Source: Methanobacteriota archaeon
GTDB taxonomy: Archaea > Thermoplasmatota > Poseidoniia > Poseidoniales > Poseidoniaceae
DNA length: 64,000 nt
Reading direction: 5' to 3'
Assembly: GCA_002722135.1 (NCBI GenBank)
Contig: PBKJ01000027.1
Coordinates: 6,968-70,967 of the forward strand
Part shown: positions 28,279 through 36,806 of the stretch, in pieces
How the letters are laid out: each line of letters starts with the position of its first letter
How positions within the stretch are numbered: the first letter of the stretch is position 1
The notes under the pieces: model-generated
Databases searched by the model: none
Seen by the model: only the letters and a program-made list of their open reading frames with translations
What the model was told of the DNA's origin: nothing
Made by a program: the position numbers and the translations under genes

Positions 28279-28665
28279 ATGCTGACCCGCCGGGTCAAAT
28301 TGCTCCTCGTCGGGGCGGCCATCACCGTGGGCCTTTTTGCCACGCTGTTGGTTGATGCACCCGCGCCCACCATGACCGTGGACGATCTGCTCGCGGAGGC
28401 CAGGGACGGCCGTGATGTCGCTGTGCGAGGCGAGGTGTTGGACGGCAGCATCGACAACGGGACGTCGACCTTCGTTTTGGAAGGCGAGTCGACGACGCTG
28501 ACCATCTCCTTCCTCGACGCGACCGTTTCCAACGGCTTGGGGGACAACCGCACCGTGTATGCCGAGGGCACCCTCAAGAAAACCGAGGGAGGTTGGGTGC
28601 TTGAAGCGACGACGATCAAGACATCTTGCCCTTCGAAGTACGAAGAAGAAACGACGACTGATTGA
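28279..28665 (+). CDS. ccmE: CcmE-like heme chaperone, archaeal CxxxY variant
   Basis: An N-terminal TM, an OB-fold with a CcmE-like strand pattern, and a C-terminal ...TIKTSCPSKYEEE. This is CxxxY in place of the bacterial HxxxY heme-binding motif. Confidence 0.65.
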   Translation: MLTRRVKLLLVGAAITVGLFATLLVDAPAPTMTVDDLLAEARDGRDVAVRGEVLDGSIDNGTSTFVLEGESTTLTISFLDATVSNGLGDNRTVYAEGTLKKTEGGWVLEATTIKTSCPSKYEEETTTD

Positions 28666-28696
28666 AATAGAGTCAGCATGACCCGCCATCGGGATA

Positions 28697-29002
28697 GGTG
28701 GGGGGCTCGGCGTACCCTGTACCGCACATCGTCGTTATGGCGGACCGAATGCCCCGGGGCGGCGAACCCGACCCGTGGTCTCCCGCTTGCGGACGTTGAT
28801 GTCTCGCCCCCACATGACCCGGGTGCCATGAACCGTCTCCGGAGGGAGACGGGAATCGGATAACCGGGGGAACAGGTCAGGCCGGGAACGGAGCAGCCCT
28901 ACCTGGGGCCATGGGTGCTGTGGGGACCCGGGATGGAGGAAGCGAGTGGACCAGGGCCATGGGGACGAGCGTCCACCCGGGGCGCGCCCACCTCACACAT
29001 CG
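28697..29002 (+). ncRNA. Signal recognition particle RNA (archaeal 7S/SRP RNA)
   Basis: The 5' GGUGGGGGGCUC pairs with the 3' GGCGCGCCCACC as a closing helix. An internal CAGGUCAGGCCGGGAACGGAGCAGCC matches the universal helix-8 motif (compare E. coli 4.5S CAGGUCAGGUCCGGAAGGAAGCAGCC). Length is ~306 nt. The track ORFs across it are spurious. Confidence 0.7.
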
Positions 29003-29481
29003 AGCAAGACATCGGCGTACCATGCCGGGCCCTGCAGTTCCGGCATGCCCTCTCCCCGTCCAGGCAATACCTCACCCGCTCCAAGAGACGACAAGGTGAG
29101 GCCGTGGCTGCTAACCGCCTTGACTTCCAAGCCGCGTTCGAGTTCGTCAGCGGCCACGTACGTGACCATGGCATGCACACCGGCATGTTCCGTGTCCCTC
29201 GTCAGTTGGATTTCTGCACTGAGCATCCATCGCCCTTGTGTTTGGGCTTGATACAGCACTTCGTCAAGCCAAGCGAGCAGGAGCACGTCATCGTCCACGC
29301 GTCCACCCTTGGTTTCCAACACCGCATTCCACTCGCCATGCATGAGGCGCGATGTTGGCGTCCCGGTCACGTCCATGGCTCCCAAAAGCCCGAGTCCGGC
29401 CTCTGCAAAAACGCGCTCTTTGGTTGGCGCCATCGCGCGTAGGCCGAGGTCTGCCGTGGTCGGCCAAATCCAGTGGCTCAC
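28993..29481 (-). CDS. Archease (RtcB tRNA-ligase cofactor)
   Basis: N-terminal ...TADLGLRAMAPTKERVFAEAGLGL and C-terminal EVKAVSSHGLTL...VLLDV patterns typical of archease. Confidence 0.75.
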   Translation of the reverse strand: MSHWIWPTTADLGLRAMAPTKERVFAEAGLGLLGAMDVTGTPTSRLMHGEWNAVLETKGGRVDDDVLLLAWLDEVLYQAQTQGRWMLSAEIQLTRDTEHAGVHAMVTYVAADELERGLEVKAVSSHGLTLSSLGAGEVLPGRGEGMPELQGPAWYADVLLDV

Positions 29482-29485
29482 GTGC

Positions 29486-30547
29486 TCACCGCTTCGAAAT
29501 TTGCAGGTTCCAAGCGGTTTCCCTCATGCGCTCGATGAGATCGTCCCTGGTCAAAACGAACCGCTCAGTCCGATCCGCGCCGAGGATGCATTCGGAAGCG
29601 GCGTTGGCAAGGAGGGCGGTGGCTTGTACGTCCAGTCCAGTGGCCACAGCCGCGGTGATGGCCACGGCGGCCGCATCGATGAGACCAATCATCTGCTTGA
29701 GTTCAGTCAGCGTGCAATCCACATGAGCGTCTTCGCCCTCACGGCTGTAAATCGTCACTCCAGTCGAGCCTTCAAGCACAAGGAGATGACCCCAGCCATG
29801 CTCGGCGAGGAGACCATGTGCGGCTTGAGCGGGGTTGTCTGCGCCGAGCCTTCGTCGCATCAATTCCAGGCCTTGCGATTGCATCACGACCCATTCTACG
29901 CCTTGGGTGCGATGGAAGCCGGTCAGCTTCGGATCTGCGATCACGGGTACGCCTGCTGCCTTGGCGCGTTCGATCAATCGAGCAGCACCTTCGTCGGTCA
30001 CCACGCCCTGTCCATAGTCAGAAAGAATGACAGCAGCGGCTCCGTCCACTTGTTCACACGCCAAGTCATACATCGCATCCAGTGCCCCGGATGGCATGGG
30101 TTCATCGGCTTCAATGTCCCACCTGAGCATCAATTGTTCATCGCGAACGAGGTTCTGGCGGGTGGCCAACAACCTCGTCTTCACAGTGGTTGTTCGGCCT
30201 TCGACGATGCTGATGGTGTCGGTGTTGACGCCTTCTTCGCTGAGGTATTCCAGGACGCTCACGCCTGCCCCGTCGTCTCCGACCACGCCGAAGAGGCACG
30301 GATTCAGTCCCAAGGACACCAAGCCGCGGGCCACGTGCGCCGCTGCTCCAACGGCCTCCTCTCGACGTGTTTCCTTGAGCACAGGGACCGGAGCTCTGGT
30401 GTTCAGGTTGTCAGCGAATCCGTGAATGTAGCGATCCATCATGATGTCGCCTACGAGAACGACGTTCGTGGACGGCAAGTTGGCGAGGGTCGCAATGATG
30501 CCGGTCAAACGGTCATGAGCATCCATTTCCGAATCCGTCATTCCCAT
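29486..30547 (-). CDS. PfkB-family carbohydrate/sugar-phosphate kinase (ribokinase-like)
   Basis: Ribokinase fold with an N-terminal GDIMMDRY-type motif and a C-terminal DxxGAGD-like anion hole (AAVAITAAVATG). Confidence 0.7.
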   Translation of the reverse strand: MGMTDSEMDAHDRLTGIIATLANLPSTNVVLVGDIMMDRYIHGFADNLNTRAPVPVLKETRREEAVGAAAHVARGLVSLGLNPCLFGVVGDDGAGVSVLEYLSEEGVNTDTISIVEGRTTTVKTRLLATRQNLVRDEQLMLRWDIEADEPMPSGALDAMYDLACEQVDGAAAVILSDYGQGVVTDEGAARLIERAKAAGVPVIADPKLTGFHRTQGVEWVVMQSQGLELMRRRLGADNPAQAAHGLLAEHGWGHLLVLEGSTGVTIYSREGEDAHVDCTLTELKQMIGLIDAAAVAITAAVATGLDVQATALLANAASECILGADRTERFVLTRDDLIERMRETAWNLQISKR

Positions 30548-30568
30548 AGTGAACGTCCTGCGCCCACA

Positions 30569-31258
30569 TCATTTCATCATGTCGTGGAGGACCGTTGCCA
30601 CGTGGGCGTTCAAGGATGCCCCAAACGGTCCGAGTTCTGTGCGTAAGGTGGTGAGCAAGGCCTCTTCGTCGTCCGTGATCACGCCGTCAGTGAGGGCCAT
30701 TTCCAGGCACGACAGAAACACGGCTTCGGCGCCGTCGAGCGTTGCCGTGTCCGGCGAGGTGATGTTCTGGCTTTGTTCGGTGATCATATGGAGGTCACCC
30801 GGCGAACAACCGAGCAAACGCGCTGCGAGTTTGAGGGGAAACGCGTTCGTCTCCTTCCCTTCCTGCAGATGTTCTCGAGTAGTGGACGTGTGGAGGTCCC
30901 CAATTCGACCCGCATCAACCAGGTCCAGCACCTTCTCTGGACCATTCATCGTGTTCATGGTGGTGTTTTGGAGTGCCACACGGAGGCGCTTGATTTCCTC
31001 CTGACCCGTCGCAGAGACCACGTACACACGGAGGCGTTGGCGATGGCCATCGACGCGTTTGAGCTCAAGCGCAATCCACCCTTCTTCCACCAAACGGCGA
31101 AGGGCGCGTGGAACGTGCTTCCGCTGAATGCCGATGGCGGTTGAAATGCCCACTTGGGTTTGATGTTCGGGCGAAGAACCGCGACCTGCAGGGTCCACAT
31201 GGTGGAGGTGCAAGAGCAACCGCTGGAGCACTGGAAGGCCTTCGACGGTCTCTCCCAT
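30569..31258 (-). CDS. Winged-helix transcriptional regulator with a C-terminal TerB-like helical domain
   Basis: The N-terminal wHTH (ISTAIGIQRKHVPRALRRLVEEGWI) is MarR/PadR-like. The C-terminal ~100 aa resemble the TerB/DjlA-N fold. The start was trimmed to avoid a divergent overlap with endA. Confidence 0.5.
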   Translation of the reverse strand: MGETVEGLPVLQRLLLHLHHVDPAGRGSSPEHQTQVGISTAIGIQRKHVPRALRRLVEEGWIALELKRVDGHRQRLRVYVVSATGQEEIKRLRVALQNTTMNTMNGPEKVLDLVDAGRIGDLHTSTTREHLQEGKETNAFPLKLAARLLGCSPGDLHMITEQSQNITSPDTATLDGAEAVFLSCLEMALTDGVITDDEEALLTTLRTELGPFGASLNAHVATVLHDMMK

Positions 31259-31331
31259 GGTCGCATGGCTCCTTGCTGGCATAGGAATCTTCCTCCGTTT
31301 CGTCTATGTGGGTGGGCCGTCAGGCGTGGAC

Positions 31332-32438
31332 ATGGCGGGTCGTGACCTTCGACCACGCCCCCGTCCACAGCGCCCGCTCGGACATCGCCCCGAGGGTCCA
31401 CGTGACCGTTGGGCTCCTCCTGTGCCGCACCAAGGAGGCTGGGCTGTCCCCGCGAAACTCGGCCAGCGCTTGTACGAAAAGAGCAAGTTGGGCCGGCTCG
31501 ACGGCGATGGCAACCTCGTCCTGTCATCAGAAGAGGTGCTGTTTTGCCATTGGAACCGCCACGTTTCCCTACCATCGGAGGCGTGGCTCGAAGAGGAACT
31601 GGAGGGTGATCCGAACCTCCTCCAACGTGCTGTCATTCTTGACGTGGCTCGCTCCGGGGGGGAAATCCTCGTCATCAATGACGCTGACACGCCTCGCTGG
31701 GGCCTGCGGTGGTCCCGTCATGCAAAGCCACCTGCCCCTGCCGAAGCCGTGGCAGATTGGTCCACGGCTGCAGCAAACGTCGATTGGTCGACCCTCCTTT
31801 CGGACGCTCATCTTGACGATGCTGAAGGTCGCCTCAGTGAATGGTACATCATCGATGAGGAGTTTGATGTCACCATGTATCACGTTCACCCGGTGGCCTT
31901 CTCTGGTGCCCTCACTCCCTGGTCGCAGCTTGAGGAACAACAACGCGATGGCCTCCGCCATGCTTGGTCGGTCAAAGTCCCATGCGGAGATGGATACCGG
32001 CTCCCAATGATCGATGGCTCTTGGCCCTGGACTCAAGTGGGAACCACCCATGCCTCTGCCCGACAGCTCAACGCCGAGGAATCCGCGATCATGGCTCATT
32101 TGGTCGAGGGAACTGCCCTCACGCCAATTTCTGCAAAGGCCCAACGCCTCATGGACGCGGGTGTGATGCTTCGACCCGGCTTCAAGTACGGCTGTCGATG
32201 GCGTGCTTACGACAACGAGATTGATGTTGCTCATGCTCCATGGTTGGTCCAAACCGAAGACCAGCGGCCCGATCGATGGCAAGAGGTCTGCCTCGCCGTT
32301 CGGCTTGCCGAGGGCGTCAACAAAATCTGGGTGACGGAGGTCAACGGTCAATGGTTGGCGGTCCGTCGTGCACTCCCCGGTCGACCTGCCCAGCCTCGTC
32401 ATGAGCGTCGAGCGGACGGCCCCACGGATCCATCCTGA
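31332..32438 (+). CDS. endA: tRNA-splicing endonuclease (EndA), long two-unit form
   Basis: The C-terminal catalytic unit GFKYGCRWRAYD...HAPWLV...RLAEGVNKIWV matches the EndA Y/H/K catalytic triad region. The N-terminal half is a degenerate repeat. The start is uncertain; the track ORF begins at 31257 but has an unstructured Pro/Arg-rich N-terminus. Confidence 0.65.
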   Translation: MAGRDLRPRPRPQRPLGHRPEGPRDRWAPPVPHQGGWAVPAKLGQRLYEKSKLGRLDGDGNLVLSSEEVLFCHWNRHVSLPSEAWLEEELEGDPNLLQRAVILDVARSGGEILVINDADTPRWGLRWSRHAKPPAPAEAVADWSTAAANVDWSTLLSDAHLDDAEGRLSEWYIIDEEFDVTMYHVHPVAFSGALTPWSQLEEQQRDGLRHAWSVKVPCGDGYRLPMIDGSWPWTQVGTTHASARQLNAEESAIMAHLVEGTALTPISAKAQRLMDAGVMLRPGFKYGCRWRAYDNEIDVAHAPWLVQTEDQRPDRWQEVCLAVRLAEGVNKIWVTEVNGQWLAVRRALPGRPAQPRHERRADGPTDPS

Positions 32439-34491
32439 TGTCGGACGTTGGCGTCTGGTCCACGGCAGCTGGAGACGCAGTGGTCTTCACGCCCATGTTT
32501 CGCGGCCAAAGCAGGGACAATCCGACCAGCATGAAACACAAACCGAGCGCGATTTCAGGCTGGCGTATCTGGTCCAAGCCGCTGATCTCATCTTCAGCCG
32601 TAAGCGTCACTGGAATGACGGTACGGCCGCCATCGAGATCGACCAGATGGACCTCACCACGCACCAGCATTCCATCCTCGAGCAAGCCCGAAGGGTCGAT
32701 GTCGAGGGCCAGGGTGACGAGATCTTGGTCCAGCGTGACACGCTTTGGTGCATCTGCCACGCGGGACAGTGGACCTTCGATGAGGACGGTATACGTGGAA
32801 GATCCGTGCCCGCTGCTCAGAAGGTCGATCAACACGGTGTCTATGTCGTTGACGGCGATTGAAGCCTCGTGTGTACCTCCTTCAGGTCTTCGATTGAGCA
32901 CCGTCACAGGAATGTCAAGGTCCATGTCGGTGCCACCGCACGTCAACGTCCCGGACAATCGATCGACGACGTCACCGGTCAACGCCGATTGCGGTTCCAA
33001 TTCAACGCGATGTTCACCTTCAACAAGCAAGGTCGAAGGGAAGGTGACCATGCCACCCAGATCCATTCGAAGCGAGCCTTGCAGCGTGCACGGTGCATCC
33101 ATGTTGTTGAGGGTGATAAACAGCCCCTCGTTCGCAGTGATGCGAAGCCCGTAAGCGGGCACATCGAGCGAGAGGCCCTGCCCACAATTGGGGGCGCTGA
33201 ATGCAACGGCCGTACCGTTCCCGTCCGTTCCTTGCACAATTTCTGCCGTCCACGGGACCTTGAGGCCTCGATGGTCGCGAATCACCACGCCTTCCGCTCC
33301 GAAGGTGTCACCGAGTTGGAACGCGTCTCCAGCACTCCCGTCGTCTTGCCCGTTCAGCAAACCGTCATCACCGTCGGCTTCGATGACCTTGAGCCAAGGT
33401 CGTCCCGGGTCCACATTGACTTCGTTTTCTTCCGGGTCTCCAGCAGCTTCGTCGAGCAAGGTGACGAGGACCCCTTGCCCTGGTAACCTGTCGTCGTAGG
33501 TGTTGCCACCTTTGAGTTCGATGAACACCCGTTGTTCTTTGGTGAGGTCAATTCGAAGCGCGTTGCCACCTTCGTGCCGGGGTGAAAGATCCAGCGTCGG
33601 CCCCAGGCATGCTCCCTCGCGTTGGACGGGGAAATCGAGGTCAACGTTCACGCTGGTGTCGAGGCCAATGCGTTCCATGGAAGCGGCCGTTGGCAAGGCG
33701 GGCCAGACGCCCGCACCGTTCCAGTTTCCTGACGCCATGATGTCCCAATCGCCGACGCCTTGCCACGTGCCGGACCAAGCCGGGTCATGAACAGGATACA
33801 GATCGATGGCACCGAGCTGATGGAGCATCTCATGCAGGATGGTACCTGTGGCTCCTGTTCCGCCTCGAAGGGTGGCCATGGCATAATGTGCAACCTCCAA
33901 ACCAGATGCGACGCTGACAGGTTCCATCAGGTGAGTGAAATGGGACCAGATGCGGTCCGAACCACCCGCGCCGCTCTCTTGGCCACGGCTGGTGTGAAGC
34001 ACGAGCAGGCGATCGACGGTGCCGTCATCGTCCAAATCATGCGCATGCCAATCCACATCGTCCTCGATTGCGGAGATGACTTCATCGACCAACAGACTTG
34101 GCATGAACGTGCCATCAGCTGCAAAGTCCCTGCCTGCGGCGCTGTCTGCTCCATAGAGCGTTGAAGGAGACGCTGCACGAATGACCACGGGGACGACCGT
34201 GAAATTCACGCTGTCGTCCCCGGCCATGAGGCTGAGGTAATCTGTGATCTCGCCTTCCACCAGCGTGGACGCTTGCTCAACTCCTAGGCCTGTTGACTGG
34301 GTTGTGGCGTCATCGAAATCAACGACCACCACCAACCAATGTTCCTTGCCTTGCTGCCACGACAGGACGGCCTCTTCCTCACCACTTTGTGGCTCTGGGG
34401 TCCAGCGGTTGAACCAGCCGTCGCTCTGCGTCAGCGCTGCTCCGCCCCCCAATAGGACGAGCGCGACGAGGACCGTCAGCATCCGTTGCAC
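32341..34491 (-). CDS. Secreted M6-family (InhA-like) zinc metalloprotease with a C-terminal TM anchor
   Basis: Signal peptide, the HExxH motif HEMLHQLG in an M6-like context (VVVDFDD...HTSRGQESG), and a C-terminal hydrophobic anchor LGLCFMLVGLSLLWP. Confidence 0.75.
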   Translation of the reverse strand: MQRMLTVLVALVLLGGGAALTQSDGWFNRWTPEPQSGEEEAVLSWQQGKEHWLVVVVDFDDATTQSTGLGVEQASTLVEGEITDYLSLMAGDDSVNFTVVPVVIRAASPSTLYGADSAAGRDFAADGTFMPSLLVDEVISAIEDDVDWHAHDLDDDGTVDRLLVLHTSRGQESGAGGSDRIWSHFTHLMEPVSVASGLEVAHYAMATLRGGTGATGTILHEMLHQLGAIDLYPVHDPAWSGTWQGVGDWDIMASGNWNGAGVWPALPTAASMERIGLDTSVNVDLDFPVQREGACLGPTLDLSPRHEGGNALRIDLTKEQRVFIELKGGNTYDDRLPGQGVLVTLLDEAAGDPEENEVNVDPGRPWLKVIEADGDDGLLNGQDDGSAGDAFQLGDTFGAEGVVIRDHRGLKVPWTAEIVQGTDGNGTAVAFSAPNCGQGLSLDVPAYGLRITANEGLFITLNNMDAPCTLQGSLRMDLGGMVTFPSTLLVEGEHRVELEPQSALTGDVVDRLSGTLTCGGTDMDLDIPVTVLNRRPEGGTHEASIAVNDIDTVLIDLLSSGHGSSTYTVLIEGPLSRVADAPKRVTLDQDLVTLALDIDPSGLLEDGMLVRGEVHLVDLDGGRTVIPVTLTAEDEISGLDQIRQPEIALGLCFMLVGLSLLWPRNMGVKTTASPAAVDQTPTSDIRMDPWGRPLDAHDEAGQVDRGVHDGPPTIDR

Positions 34492-34527
34492 GGGTCAAGG
34501 TCCCTCGCATGAGGTTTCAATGCTCCT

Positions 34528-35763
34528 TCACCGCGGGTCACGCTGCAACCAAAGATGATCTGGATGCAAGGTTGCCGGTCGCGGGCCATCGACAATGTGC
34601 CGGTCAAGGCCTTCCACGCAGACCTTTGTTCGCTGACGAGCAGCAGATTCAGACCATGGATCGACCAACGCAGCCAACGCAAGATCACGTTGGGCGGTCA
34701 TCGAAGCCGGCTCGATGCTCGGCCTTCGATGTTCGATGGAGCGCAGGTCCAATCCACGCAAAGAGGCTCCAGTGGATTGGATGGCTTCCTTGAATTTCAG
34801 CGGCAGAGGCTCGGCCGAGCAACCCACAATGATCACATCCGAGGCTCGTCCATCTTGTATGCGTTCGAGCAAGGACGTTCGCTCCTGATAACGCACGCAC
34901 AAGCCTCGTGCAACGTGATGGCCGAGGTCGGCCTCCGGTGGATGTGTTGGTGTGCCAAATGCTCCTTCGCACGCACAATCCACGACGAGGAGCCGACGTC
35001 GTGCTCCTTCTCCATCGAGTACCGTTGGAAGGCCACGAGGTGGCATGGTCCGCCAAGGGAGGAGGGGCAGCTCCAGCACGATCGCACTCATGATGGCCAA
35101 CGGCCATCGGAGGTCGTGCGTCGTGGTCCATGTTGAGGTCACGATCAACAGCACGACGGGCAGCGACACGCGCCAGCGCCATGCAACGACCCTCTCTTGG
35201 TCTAAACGACCGAGGAGACCCGCCCCGAAACCTGCTCCGGCGGTCGCTCCCAACAAGGCCAGAATCCACATGATGGCAAGGGTCAATTCGACCAATGTGA
35301 CGGAATCCAGGGCGAGCACGAGGCCTGTCGCGTCAACCGTGACCATCGCGCGTTCGTACAGCCATGGCGCTCCACTCCAGCCGAACCACAAGGCAATGCA
35401 TACGCCGAGCGTCGATGTGGCCACCATCCCGTTACGCAGCCGTTTTCGTTCCATGGGCAGAAGGCCCGGTGAGGCGAAGGTCACCGATTGATGCACCACG
35501 ATCGGGATGCTCAGCACGGCTGCACACACAATCGCCATGGTCCATCGTAGACCAATCCACGCTCCGGGTTCAAAGACGACCATGCAATCCTTGCATGGCG
35601 AGAGTTCACCGAGCCACCACATCAACAACGCATCTGTTCGAAGGGAAAGGGCCGCTGTGAAGCCAACGATGACGATCAAAACGAGGGCGACCCGAGCGGA
35701 GAATTCCTCCAAATGACCGATGATGCTGACATCGCGGTCGGATTCGAGCCGAAGGTCGGCCAC
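34528..35763 (-). CDS. tatC: TatC-like membrane protein with a ~170-aa C-terminal cytoplasmic extension
   Basis: The N-terminus IIGHLEEFSARVALVLIVIVGF matches the TatC start consensus (HLEELRRRL...), followed by 6 TM helices. The C-terminal domain is of unknown function. Confidence 0.5.
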   Translation of the reverse strand: MADLRLESDRDVSIIGHLEEFSARVALVLIVIVGFTAALSLRTDALLMWWLGELSPCKDCMVVFEPGAWIGLRWTMAIVCAAVLSIPIVVHQSVTFASPGLLPMERKRLRNGMVATSTLGVCIALWFGWSGAPWLYERAMVTVDATGLVLALDSVTLVELTLAIMWILALLGATAGAGFGAGLLGRLDQERVVAWRWRVSLPVVLLIVTSTWTTTHDLRWPLAIMSAIVLELPLLPWRTMPPRGLPTVLDGEGARRRLLVVDCACEGAFGTPTHPPEADLGHHVARGLCVRYQERTSLLERIQDGRASDVIIVGCSAEPLPLKFKEAIQSTGASLRGLDLRSIEHRRPSIEPASMTAQRDLALAALVDPWSESAARQRTKVCVEGLDRHIVDGPRPATLHPDHLWLQRDPR

Positions 35764-35775
35764 CTGGCGTCACCT

Positions 35776-36732
35776 TCAGACGAGGTCCTTGCTGACAGGG
35801 TCGGCACGTGCTTGCACAATCGTCCTGTAGACGCCATACGCGGCCCAGAGGGTCAGCATCCCGAGCAGGAGCGCGTAGCCCCACGGTTGGTTGCTGTCGA
35901 CCGCCCATGCGAATCCAAGTCCAAGGCCTGCCGCGAGGAGGCCTCGGCGGATGCCTTGTGGGACGGCCAAACGGCGGTCAAGATGCTTCGGACCACCGCC
36001 GAAACGGCGCTCGTAGAATTCACCTTGAACGACAGCACCAACGATGAAGATGGAAAGGGTGGCCCAATAGTACACGTTGCCGTTTTCAAAGAAGGATTCC
36101 GCGAGTTTCGCTTGTTCCGCAGCTTCGATGGCCTCAGGGTCTTCTTCAGCCACGAAGAGGCTCTCGTAGTCACCGACACTGATGGTTCGGAGGTCACGAT
36201 CGTTGACATCATCGTCGACGGTTGAGCCCGGCTCGCTGATCATGAAGGACAAGACGTTCCAAGCATCGTTGGCATTTGGCTCCCCGTTCCCGTCGACGGC
36301 GTTGCCAACCAGCTGGAATCGGACCGGTCCGATGTCCTCGGCGGGCGCCGTCCACGTGATGGTCCAATCGTTCCCAACCGCACCTTGCGACACGGCTCCG
36401 GGTTCTTCAGCAACCTGGATGCTGCCCTCACCCGCGGTGAGGGTGCCTGCGCCGTAGTCCCAGAGCATGTATCCGCCCTCCCCGTACTCGGCGTGTCCAA
36501 GGCTGATGGTGAACGAATATTCTGCACCAACCGCGTAGGAGCGCGGCACCCCGGAGATGGAAACGACCACAGCGGTCGAAGGATCCCCGTCCCCGTGGCA
36601 GGTGCAACCGGACTCGACGGTGAGGCCGCCGCCGTTCTCCCAAGGTGGGCCGTTCGGGTTGGCCAGTGCGGGCATGGCCACGAGCATCGCGACCAGCAGA
36701 AGGACAAGGCCCCGATTGAACGCTCGACCCAT
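35776..36732 (-). CDS. Secreted/membrane-anchored protein with a GCTCHGDGD Cys/His motif
   Basis: Signal peptide MGRAFNRGLVLLLVAMLVAMPALA, a beta-rich ectodomain, then 2-3 C-terminal TM helices. No recognised family. Confidence 0.5.
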   Translation of the reverse strand: MGRAFNRGLVLLLVAMLVAMPALANPNGPPWENGGGLTVESGCTCHGDGDPSTAVVVSISGVPRSYAVGAEYSFTISLGHAEYGEGGYMLWDYGAGTLTAGEGSIQVAEEPGAVSQGAVGNDWTITWTAPAEDIGPVRFQLVGNAVDGNGEPNANDAWNVLSFMISEPGSTVDDDVNDRDLRTISVGDYESLFVAEEDPEAIEAAEQAKLAESFFENGNVYYWATLSIFIVGAVVQGEFYERRFGGGPKHLDRRLAVPQGIRRGLLAAGLGLGFAWAVDSNQPWGYALLLGMLTLWAAYGVYRTIVQARADPVSKDLV

Positions 36733-36806
36733 CGTTGCACCCCTGTTTCGTCGTCGTGGCCCTCGACCTTTCAACGTTGCTTCAAGCATCGTCGCAGTGC
36801 AGCGAC

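Noticed and set aside
28678-29442. Several overlapping ORFs (28678-28863, 28899-29186, 28911-29099, 28915-29442, 28946-29251) that could suggest a small gene cluster.
   Set aside because: The region is explained by the SRP RNA (helix-8 motif plus closing helix) and by archease on the minus strand. The ORF products are Arg/Pro/Gly-rich nonsense.
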